A DNA stretch of 64,000 bases, from contig NW_026782016.1 in NCBI RefSeq assembly GCF_031769215.1, positions 1,488,001 to 1,552,000 of the forward strand. The letters run 5' to 3'. Below, in pieces: positions 53,901 to 64,000 of the stretch (positions are counted from its first letter, which is position 1; every line of letters starts with the position of its first letter). The notes under the pieces are model-generated. The model saw only the letters and a list, made by a program, of their open reading frames with translations, did no database searches and was not told the DNA's origin. The translations under genes were made by a program, and so were the position numbers. Source of the DNA: Ylistrum balloti. Its lineage: Eukaryota.

Positions 53901-54903
53901 ATTTTGGTTGCAGTACTGTTGAAATTCTACAGAAGTGTTGAATTAACAGAGAAAAACAAATGCAGAAAAATTAATTTTTCAGTGTGTAGAAAGAATGACC
54001 ATGATGATTCTGTCATATTTAGTTTGTTTTGCTTTTGACCAAAAAAGAGAACAATGACAAAAAATATGCTCTTGTATAATCACATCATTTGCAAGCTGTA
54101 TCTGTGCAAGTTTTCTAATTAAGGATTTCAAATTTTCAGAGAATTTTTACTTATGTTTTACATTGTACAGGAGAAGCTACTGGGTTACGGAGGAATTTAC
54201 CAAATGTCTCACGGATGAACCAGCCACCTGGCTTTCACTCCAGTGACCCTTACCTAGACAATAATTCGTCTGGGGGTAGTGATGACTGTGATCGTACAGC
54301 TCCAGAACCTCGCCAGTTATCACGCCTACAACCACAGGTGCGACCTGCTTCTCCAAACGTCAGTGGGCTGAGACAGCCTAACCAGGTGCGGCGGGGCCTT
54401 TCTCCACAGAGGACTGGGCTGCCCCAACCTGCCCGCAGGTCCATACCACGCCCTGGGAGTGCAGGGGCAGCTGGAAAGTCTGGAATAGCCACACCTAGGA
54501 GGTCAGTATTAGTAACAGTGTAAGGATCACACATGGCTTTCTCAGTTCTTATAGCTGTAATAGAGTTTTTACATGCAGTGAAAATGATGAGAATATATAT
54601 GACAATTCAACAGGTTTTGTGAAGGCATACATGTTCTGTTTTGGATTTTGTGCCTCCTAGGTTTCAACAATTGACTTTAGCATTTTTTGATGAGTCCCAG
54701 AAGGACGAACCATAGGTATATGAAATTAAGTTCCTTATTTGTCTACAATGTATCCAATTCTAAGTTTATATTGAAACATGCTGTTCACTTGTGCGTACAG
54801 TCCATTAAGAACGTTATTTACTTACAGATCAGCCATACCTTCCCCGCGACCGGTTGCTGCCTCGAGAACCAGCGATGAAAGCTGGAAGGATGGCTGTTTC
54901 TGA
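38608..54903 (+). CDS. SLAIN: SLAIN motif-containing protein (SLAIN1/2 family +TIP), spliced gene: join 38608-38900, 44078-44223, 49465-49602, 49872-50066, 50269-50313, 51851-51958, 53545-53643, 54171-54501, 54828-54903; 476 aa
   Basis: N-terminal coiled coil EVQKLQDLVKKLEKQNEVLR, SWLYSSP...SP..W.RQ..D.PSP.VE...[22 protein letters not shown], an SAIP (SxIP) motif and C-terminal WKDGCF. All introns are GT-AG, phases are consistent, and the total is 1431 nt. Confidence 0.93.
44078..44223 (+). CDS. SLAIN: SLAIN exon 2
   Basis: [48 protein letters not shown]; acceptor ttcctcAG, donor GTATGT. Confidence 0.95.
47462..47786. mobile_element. MITE (~325 bp) in SLAIN intron 2
   Basis: ~63-bp TIRs: actccaggggttacaatcactttgctttctgcacccctggaacatgtcatggtaaaattgaag versus reverse complement actccaggagttacgatcaatattgctctctgcacacctggattgtgtcatggcaaaattgaag. 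Confidence 0.8.
48670..49035. repeat. 45-bp minisatellite, ~8 copies
   Basis: Unit gtgtattggaaggctcagtggatagtgtaggtgtataatcaggaa. Confidence 0.85.
49465..49602 (+). CDS. SLAIN: SLAIN exon 3
   Basis: MSRSCSTPAFQSLTTPSPTRGYSPMSQSADSTPLYNHKPVVKKTHA; acceptor ttttcAG, donor GTGAGT. Confidence 0.85.
49872..50066 (+). CDS. SLAIN: SLAIN exon 4
   Basis: GKISRLDTGTFTRPKK...HPDVADIENLAKQQEE; acceptor atttacAG, donor GTATGT. Confidence 0.9.
50269..50313 (+). CDS. SLAIN: SLAIN exon 5 (45 nt)
   Basis: SLRQSLSQTQSSPRR; completes the conserved QEESLRQ. Confidence 0.85.
51851..51958 (+). CDS. SLAIN: SLAIN exon 6
   Basis: GKRSRQPAQSVAGGNNDIDNSASNMGSNRSSPCRQD; phase 1/1, donor GTAAGA. Confidence 0.75.
53545..53643 (+). 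CDS. SLAIN: SLAIN exon 7
   Basis: GERRNSQTNSIGSDISSPPDSPYGSQYLNPQNQ; phase 1/1. Confidence 0.8.
54171..54501 (+). CDS. SLAIN: SLAIN exon 8
   Basis: GEATGLRRNLPNVSRM...RTGLPQPARRSIPRPGSAGAAGKSGIATPR; donor GTCAGT. Confidence 0.9.
54828..54903 (+). CDS. SLAIN: SLAIN exon 9 (terminal coding)
   Basis: SAIPSPRPVAASRTSDESWKDGCF*; acceptor ttacttacAG. Confidence 0.92.
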
Positions 54904-56493
54904 TGGACGGAGTACTGTGTATGTTGCTCTGAAACTGACAGCAGATGGTCGATGGATCTGACGGTTTTGCATATAAACAGTAGTAGACAATCCCGAAAGG
55001 GCATATTTTTGTGATTTGTTTCAAAGTCAGTTTTAATGAGTCTTTTTATGTATGAAAACAGCAGTATTGTTTGGTTTTGAAGATTTTTACATGAAATGTA
55101 ACTGAACTATGAAGACTGATCCTTAATGTACATAAAGGCTGTCTGAACAAATCAATAGGAATGATTGGTGTTATCTGAGTTTTGATATTGCCTCGGCTGT
55201 AAGCAAAGTTGTCAGACCACGAACTGGTCACTACCAGAATGACCAGTATCTACAGGATAACACAAGGAAAAGGCATTAAGGAAAGCAGAGCAACATCGAA
55301 TTAAGAAGTGACAGAAATTAAACATCTGGTTTTATCATCATTTTATTAGTAGAATGCAATCATTACTAACGATGTTGACTGTGCAATACTTTCAATCAGA
55401 AATTTAAACCAGAAATCCTCCCGGCTACTTCCAATCACTCACATACTTTGCTTCATAAAGTAGGCCTTTATCAGACTTATAGAAAACACTGGTGCTGCAG
55501 AGTGTTGTGACACCATACTGGAAACATGCTATCCAACAGGTAGATTCAGAAAACACTTGCTACAATCAATTTCATTTTCAGAGAAATTGTAGATTATCGT
55601 AAAACCATCTTGTTGTGTATACTGGCTTCAATTCATCGTGATATGTTTGGAGTTCAGTTCGTTTTCTTCGTCTATTTTGATTGCTACCAGAATGGATTGT
55701 ATATTTAAGTCTGTATTCATGCAGTTATTAATATGATCATTTAAGTTTTCCAACTCTACCACTTTTCCCTGTAAAAAGTGTGCCCTTTTGTCTCTAAGCT
55801 TGCTTTTTTTCTCTGAGTGGTTCATGCATTTTTGTGAAAAACCATAATGAGTTTTAGTTTTTAGTGCAACATAAACAGATTTCTCTTTAGCAACAATATT
55901 ACTGTTATAGCAACTAAATGAAAGAAAAATTGTATTAAGAATACTGATGTACAGAAGGAAGGGGAGATAACTTAGTTTGTATGACATATGTCTATGAACT
56001 GTAGTTAGGCCAGTTATGAGACAAATGATCAAAACTACACGGGTAATTGTTTGTTACATGTAGCTGTAGTCTAAGTTAATGTCATTAATATGTAGAAAAT
56101 TCCACAACAATCCTGACTGTACTGAATTAAGGGTACCCACCCCATCCCGGTAATTTTATTAAAATTGTATATTATGTAAATAAACTGTCATGATAAATCT
56201 GATTAAGATAAATTAACAACCTGTTCTGATGTTAAACAGGAATATACAAAACAGCAAAATACAAAGAAAAAATTAATTCTTATAAATATAACAAAAGAAA
56301 ACCGACCCAGAAACAAACAAGACGTAAACAAAAACCTGAAGGTGTTTGCTGTTTATTATTCTATTAAGTATAATGAACTATCATTTATTTATAGTTGAAT
56401 TGTCTAAATACTAACATTAACTGTGGTCAGTACACAGATTCTCTTATTACTGTATTCATTCTGCAATACTTTGTAATTATCTCAACCATATCT

Positions 56494-56835
56494 GATGCTG
56501 TTCAGTGGAGTCTCTGTTATAGACCCGCCCACTGACTGAAACAAAGGGTTGATGCTGTTTAGTGGAGTCTGTGTTACAAACCCGTCCACTGACTGAAACA
56601 AAGGGTTGATGCTGTTTAGTGGCATCTCTGTTATAGACCCGCCCACTGACCGAAACAAAGGGTGGATGCTGTTTAGTGGAGTCTCTGTTATAGACCCGCC
56701 CACTGACTGAAACAACGGGTTGATACTGTTTAGTGGCGTCTCTGTTTTAGACCCGCCCACTGACTGAAACAAAGGGTTGATGCTGGTTATTGGCATCTCT
56801 GTTATAGACCCGCCCACTGATTGAAACAAAGGGTG
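56494..56835. repeat. 57-bp minisatellite x6
   Basis: Unit gatgctgtttagtggagtctctgttatagacccgcccactgactgaaacaaagggtt at 56494, 56551, 56608, 56665, 56722 and 56779. Confidence 0.92.
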
Positions 56836-59800
56836 TACCTATTGGTCCCCTATGATTATTGCAGGATAAAGACAGTAATATGAAGTACAAGATTACGAAG
56901 ACAAACATCATTACAGTTAATTAGGAAGATTGTTGCCATATATTTATATATAATCATTATTATAGAATACTTTGGGTAAGTGATATTTTAGACATACCAT
57001 GATTCATTGATTTGTGTGAACATTTAATAGTAAAATCAGGATTTTAATAATTTCATTCTCTAAGACCAGTATGCTGTGTGGAATTATCAAAAGTTAAATT
57101 TAGTGTTTTGGTTATGATTTCAGTAATTTTCATGACAGTTTGATCCAGCTTTTATGAAACTTCTTGAGTCCTGATATTTTTTTTATCTGACAGAGAAATA
57201 TTGCAAAAAGGGTAACATAGACATAATGTGAGCAAATATATATACAATCATATGAATAGAGTTTGCCTTTCATTGTTCAGCAACTTGTGATATTCATTTG
57301 TGTGTGCATGGAGTACACTGTACTGATCGTTTCTTTAGGCCATGTTTCATTCTGAAAAGTTTGGCGGATGTAACGGTATGGTATTGTATTGGTAAAGACT
57401 GCATGGATCTGCTATTGAAGATTAAAATGATTTTATGCTGCTGAATAGGACTCGTACACATCAGCTTTATTTTAACATTGTACCAACTTCTGATTTTGGA
57501 TGGAATTTAGTGAAATTGTTGAAGAAATACCATTTCCCCCAAAAAAAAAATGAAAAGAAAGAAAATTAAAAATTAAAGAACTTACCCAACCCCATACCCC
57601 AAAAAGAAAAAAGTTGACGAAACATGTGATATGTAACTGTTAATGTGCTGCCATTATGTAATTGTATAAGAAAGCCTCTCCAATGTGTATATGTGTACGA
57701 GACAAGAAACACTTTGACATTACCGTTTTGTTGTACATAATCGTGTTAACATGTTATGCTCATGTTTTGACTCGCTCCCTTTGTATGTTAAGCTCGGTAA
57801 TGTAGAGCTAGTCTCTCATTGTGAACATATGTTTAAAAATTGTGGTGAATGTTGAATGATTGAAGGGAGGCAACTAGAAACACTGGTGTTAATAGTCGTT
57901 TGTAAATTATTATTGTGCATTTTATATCAACCTATTGTCTCATTTTGTATATTGGTTTGTCCTTATTTTGTTATATCTGATGGGCTAAATATACTTTAAC
58001 GAACATGAATTACACTTTTTGTAATCAGTTGAAATCACAATTTAATTGAAACAGGTGATTATGATATGTAAGTAAAACCCAAGAAATATTTTTGGCTGAA
58101 GGATGGTTATATTTAAGTATGGATGTCTTTCTCCTTTCCATTCGGAGTCATCCCTAAAAATGTGAAGTTTCACTTTTATTTATTAGAATGTGAAAGTGTA
58201 ATTTTTATTTGGAGTCTAATCGTGATTTGAAATATTCTGTAGCTGTAATGTCAAACACATGCCTGCTTTTAATTTAGTTTTTTGTTAAATTTCATGTCAA
58301 TTTCATTGAATGTTTCACAGATTATAAGATAAAAGCATTTGGTTGGATTTTAGATTTCTGACCTTCACAAAGTGGCTTCAAATTACTATTAGAAGTATCC
58401 AAGTTATTGTAAAGAATTTCACTTAAGAATGTATTAGATACTGTAAACTTACATCTTTTAGTGGTTATGTTATTTTAGCATTTTGGTGCTGAAAATAATG
58501 CGGTACAGTATGATTGCATTTTCTGAATGTTACTCGTATAGCAATCATAGCGGATGTGCTAATTCATCATTGCGCTTATTCCAAAATGTGATCATGATTA
58601 TGCGCCAAATGAAGTCCTTTTACAGTAATTCAATTCAAACTCTTGCTCATCTTGCCATGAAAATACTTTGAACCATCTGTAGGATACTGTAAGTACATAT
58701 TGCATGAAAGAGGTTTGTAATTTTTCCCCCCACACTTTTTAAGTTTTATGTACTGAAAATGGATGGATGAGCATTTTGCTGTAGACAATTAGATATTTAT
58801 ATAAAGATGTCATTCTACTGAAATTTAACAATATTGTACTTTGATTTTAAATATGAAAAAAAGTTCGGGTTGTATTATTTAGGTCTCTGATTCTGTCATC
58901 CAGATTTAAAAAAAAAAAAAAAAAAAACAAGAAAAAGAACGTGCACTATGTATGACATGTTTGATGTTCTTGAAGTGATAATTGATTATCACCGACACAC
59001 ATACATGTGGATATCGTGGCACAACAATTAGTATAGGTTGTATAATACAGTGTAAAATTACAACTGAAAGTTTTTAATATAAAAAAAAAGAAATGGATGA
59101 CTGGAGATGTAATTTGTCTTCTATTATGGTGTTTTGATATGCAGTAAAATGATATACTGGTAAACATATTATTGAAGGTCTGAGACTGATATTTGTAATA
59201 CTGGTGTACTTTTTGTATACAGATGGAGATAGGTGTTACGCTTCCAATTTCAACAATATTTCAAAATGCTAAGAATCGATAATTACTCATCATTACATAT
59301 AAAAAGTCTATTGTGGAATTTAAACGTAGATATATATATAACTGGAGCTAGGAACTTGTTACAGGATCAGTTTAACAGGAACATCGTGTGTTTGTGTAGC
59401 AACAGCTAGTGTTTTTATGACTACTTAGACTAAGGATGCTGGTATCATGAATTCATTTAGTCCATTATTTATAAACTAATATGTTACATATCATTTCTGT
59501 TTTGTTGGCAGTGTTTGTACTTCTCGTTATGAGTTTTAAAGATGGTGTAAAGTTACTTCCGTACATACAGTCTATATATATCACAGAGCACACATAATGT
59601 ATAATGCCAGACATAGGGAAATAGCAGCCCTGTGTGCAGCATTACCGCAGACCTATACAAGGTATCAGTCTTTGGCAATATCAGTATAGGCGGGGAGAAA
59701 CCAAAATTTTCATTTCCACTAACCATCTGTATGATTTGTGTGTCAGGATGCAAGCAGAATATTTCAATACATATGCCAGACTGAATTAGGCAATAAAAAG

Positions 59801-61915
59801 TCTCCTTTACTAATGATAAAGACTGGATCTAAAAAACATATTGTCTTAGTATTATGAATTCAGAGATAAATATTGTATATTTGTAATATTGCCCTTTATG
59901 AATTGATAAGATGTACATTTTTTTTAAATGATTAGCTTTTAAAGCAGGGAAAGTTCCTATTGTCCCTTCCCAAGTCATGGATACCTTACTGCTTGGATAC
60001 TACTAAAGTTTTAGCTTTAATTTGCATTAATGCCAAGCACTTAAAATTGTATGGATGAGACAATGCTATTTATGGAAATAGTGCTTTTTTACTTGAATTA
60101 TGCACACTTTGTTTTATGAAATCTGATTTACATTGTTTATATCCACTAAAGTTTGGAACATTCTGTATGTCCTGTAGCTACGTCACATTTAAATACCTGC
60201 TTTCTGTGTGTCAGATATCACTCGTCATGTGTGCTGCCTATGTGAACACATTCTTTGTCACAGTAAGGAAATTTATATTATTTTAATCACATGATCTCAT
60301 TATTGTAGGTAACACATTTTTAGGAGCCATGAAACTGTCTGTGATGATTTCAAAGTGATGTGACCTAGAGTATTGAGTAAGTTAGGACAACTCAGGGTCG
60401 GATGAGACAGAGACAAAGAGAACGTATCACAAATAATGGTGACTGTACAATTCAATGCTAACAGACAAACGCTCTATATGTCACGGACATTTTCACTCAA
60501 TTTCAATGTGTACCATGAAATATTCCAGTAAATATTGTGATATGACAAGAATATTTGTAAAATAATTTTGGTGTGAGTTGGCATTAATGGACAAATTCAT
60601 GGCTTCATATGTTTTACTATATATGTTCAAATCCTTTCATTTTAATCACCGAGTCCGACTCTTGGTTGTCTCATGGTAAAGGGACTGGCTGGTCTGTGAA
60701 ATCACACCATTACACCCCAGTGTGGCATTTCTAACTATAGCAAAACATGTCTGGAACATGCAATATTTATCAAAATAAATATATTTGTGTACACTCTGAT
60801 TAGCATAGAAATAACACAGGCAAATTTTGATATGTGAAATTTTCAAAGAAACACGCCATTGAGGTATTCTGACATTTATAATTGCTGTCCATATAATTGT
60901 TATTTCAGTTAAAATTTCTGTATTTTGAACATTAAAAGAAGAATCGTTTTTATCAATATTATATGTTTACATATATTAAGCCAATTTTTTTTATTATTAA
61001 TATAATCGGGATTTGAGATCACTAACATCAGTGTTTTAGCGATAGTAAAATTTACTCCTAGTGCAGCTATCTGGCTTTACTTTAAAATATTGAAGACACT
61101 ACCATCGGCATTGGCAGAGTTAATGTTCAATAAAAGATTAAAACACCAGTAACAGCCTATCTGTAAGAGTGTATTCGGACTCGGTGATTGAGATATGTTA
61201 CACATATGTGGCCTGTTAACTGCATAGTGTTGGTGACCTATACTTTAATCATTGTATACAATGGTGGAAGACTAAGTACATACCGTTAGTAGAGATATAC
61301 CGAGAAAACCTCTGTATAAGAACAAATGTATTATAAATATGGCAGTGACGAGGCTTCATCAGCTTTGTCATCAAGTCACATGTCTAATAAACATGTACTT
61401 TTAAAACCCTCTCTTCTCTTGTTTACTTGTTATTTCAGCCATTGTTTCCTGGTTCAAAGTAAAACTTTATTTACATATACTAGAACTCTGTATAAAACAG
61501 AGTGGCTATTCGGGTTCAATGAAACGGAGAATGTTGATATCCGACCTAATAAAGATAGGTTTTGGATGACGGTTTAAACCCCTTTGTAAATACCAGTATC
61601 TCTATTTGTGCCGTTATACTGCCTCGTATTTTATGACATTTCTGTAGATAGTACACATGGTGACAAGTAATGCCTCGTGCTGATATTGGCATGTCCAGTG
61701 TCCCAGCTTGCTTTCAATATACAGTATTTGGTTCATTGAAGGTCAGCGTTTAATTGGAAAGTGACCAGGTATCACTATACGACCAATTGTCTTACTGCAA
61801 GCAAATATTCACGTGTACTGCGATGTCTTTGATTATTCCATGAAGCATGTGTTACATAATTGATAATTTGTCCCCTGTCATTGAAACGGAGGGATGGGGT
61901 GGACCAAAGTTTTCT

Positions 61916-62010
61916 TCAGTCCCTGCCTCTGTGACAGTTTTCCACCTCTGTACCGGCTACATACATTGGTGGATCCTCGTCAAATGTTGGAAATGGTGAA
62001 CTGGATTCGC
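61916..62010 (-). CDS. Candidate terminal exon of an unidentified convergent gene
   Basis: Strong acceptor aatattttttcAG, then ESSSPFPTFDEDPPMYVAGTEVENCHRGRD*. GC-richer than its flanks. No family recognised. Confidence 0.4.
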
Positions 62011-64000
62011 CTGAAAAAATATTTTTAAAAAATTACTGTAGCATTCTTGTTTATATTCTGCAATGTTGATCTTCAAATTCAACACCACTTTTTATCATTT
62101 TATTAAAGCAAGCATGTTAAAACGGGGGTTTCAGAAACAATAGAAATTTTCCTACGACCCGATCGAATCCCATTCAATCCATGAAGCTACTCGGGGCATA
62201 TATTTAGGGGAGGAAATAACAAAAATCCCCAGGAACCTCCGCTGAAACCTACTTTGAATTTGACTTTGTCACAAATATAAGGTAGTGTTCACTGTTTGAC
62301 AGGAAAATGTAGTAAAATTACGTGTGACACATATTGTTAGATATTTCTTTTCATACAAATACACTGCAGATTTTAACCCCAAATAGGTAGACTGCATAAG
62401 ACATTGATGACGATATTGTAACATTAATCTTGAAAAACTTTTTTAATTTACATGCACATTTAGAGTAATACATGTATGTCAAGTCTTACGGTCTGGGTCC
62501 TGCCTGGCAATAACACATTATTGCAAGCAGAGCCTTATAATGAAACATCCAGGTACACTAACGATTTCTTTTAAGAACAACAATTCAGTTGTTGGTATAT
62601 CATTGACATGTATCTCAAAACGAAAACTTTATGGTGAGATACGATGTGTTTATAATATAATAGGCTTGCTTTTATTCTTTCAAGAAGAAAGCCATATAGC
62701 CAGTACTCGTTCGAATACTGTGAAAGTAGTTTCCAAATGTACCTAAATATGAAACAAGGATAAAGTATAATCTGTGACACCTGTTTTGCGGAAGGCCTTC
62801 CATTATCCTCATATCTTACATTGTGTGTGGGCAACACATTCAACCGGTTCTTTAAAAAAAAAAGCAAACACTGATTTAGATTTGAGTCACAACTGATAAT
62901 CGTTGTTTATTTACCAGCCAGGATATGTCATACTTCTGATAAGACATATACAATGAAGGGGAGTGTTCAACTGTTAAATCGGCCATTCAAGGTTAATCAG
63001 AACAAAGGATAAGGATTTGAAATCGAAATTTGAAAAAAAAAGAAAATCGTTCTTTGTGTTTTAGATTTTAACACTTCATGAATTAATCTATAAGTAAACA
63101 TAGTGACGGGCGTAAACCTTTGCCAGAAATCAGAAACATAAATCCGTCGGTGATTAAAATGGACCTAATCCATGCTGAAGAGGTGACTAAGCCTACCTTG
63201 GTTCAGTTTCCTGGTCTGGGTTGTTATTTGACAGGTTCGGCAAACTTTGTAAGTGTTTTACGTAAATAAATAACACGTATGATGAGGACTGTTGGTTCGT
63301 GTGGTAATTACGAACAGGAAAAGCTTAATCCTGACCAAGAAGTCTGGGAATTCCCTACAGAGATATATAAACTCCACCTGTAACGGCACATTAAAGCATC
63401 TGAATTATTCGGATTGCAGATGGAAAACACGTTCCGAACAAATTTAGAATTAGATGCAGTAGAGCCGGATAGTTAATTTAATTGCATCCTACGTTGATGA
63501 TACATGCGACCAAAGAAAAATCCAAAGTGGTCAAAATAAATGTCAGAAACTAGATTGGAAGGTGTACCGTGTCAAAGACGAAAGAAATTTCATGCGGACA
63601 AAGTCGTAACACAAGGATTCAATAGATTCAAGTTAATGAAAAATATGGGGAAGTTTTTTTCGGCCGTCATCGTGATTTTATTAGGAAATATTCTATTTCT
63701 TTGTTGGATTTGTTTGATGCTTGTTAGTTTGCCTGTTCGTCCGTTTTTGTACACCTTTGTTCTCATTTTCATCATGGAGATTCGGGGACATGTCCATAGA
63801 CACATTTTTGTGACATCATATAACAATGGAATTTCAGCAATTATGCTTTTTTCCCAAGAGAAATCGTTCACAATCCTTTGCCTTTTCTACCGAGAGAAAA
63901 TCGTTCTCGTTGCTTTACCTTTTTATCCTTCATAGGTTACGGCACATTTAGGCCCAGGAACCTCTAGAATTATTCAATATCTGGACTTCAGTGAGAAGTA

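Noticed and set aside
56482-56829. 115-aa repeat protein
   Set aside because: It is a reading through a 57-bp minisatellite with no splice or context support.
62571-63935. ORFs 62571-62867, 63540-63935 and 63590-63871 as genes
   Set aside because: No recognisable domains or consistent splice phases; compatible with chance ORFs using alternative starts.

Overview
AT-rich, intron-containing eukaryotic DNA. The gene structure, LINE/SINE/MITE types and mosaic CpG pattern suggest an invertebrate, most likely a bivalve mollusc (inference). Two spliced genes can be reconstructed by hand with consistent splice phases. One is an ankyrin-repeat/SOCS-box (ASB-like) gene on the minus strand (CDS 10597->3519, about 542 aa). 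The other is a SLAIN-family microtubule plus-end tracking gene on the plus strand (CDS 38608->54903, 9 exons, 476 aa, ending WKDGCF). Between these divergent genes lies a repeat-dense block. It holds two long arrays of the same 30-bp satellite in inverted orientation (22081-24290 and 28554-31591) that enclose two head-to-head RTEX-type LINE fragments, forming a ~9.5-kb foldback-like structure, followed by a decayed CR1-type LINE whose ORF1 carries a Thr/Ser/Gly repeat tail. Also present: another RTEX fragment, MITEs, tRNA-derived SINE relics, minisatellites, and a possible last exon of a convergent gene near 62 kb. Most long ORFs in the supplied track are reading frames through repeats. The foldback-like satellite/LINE composite is the most unusual object. 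No CRISPR array or prokaryotic system is present.
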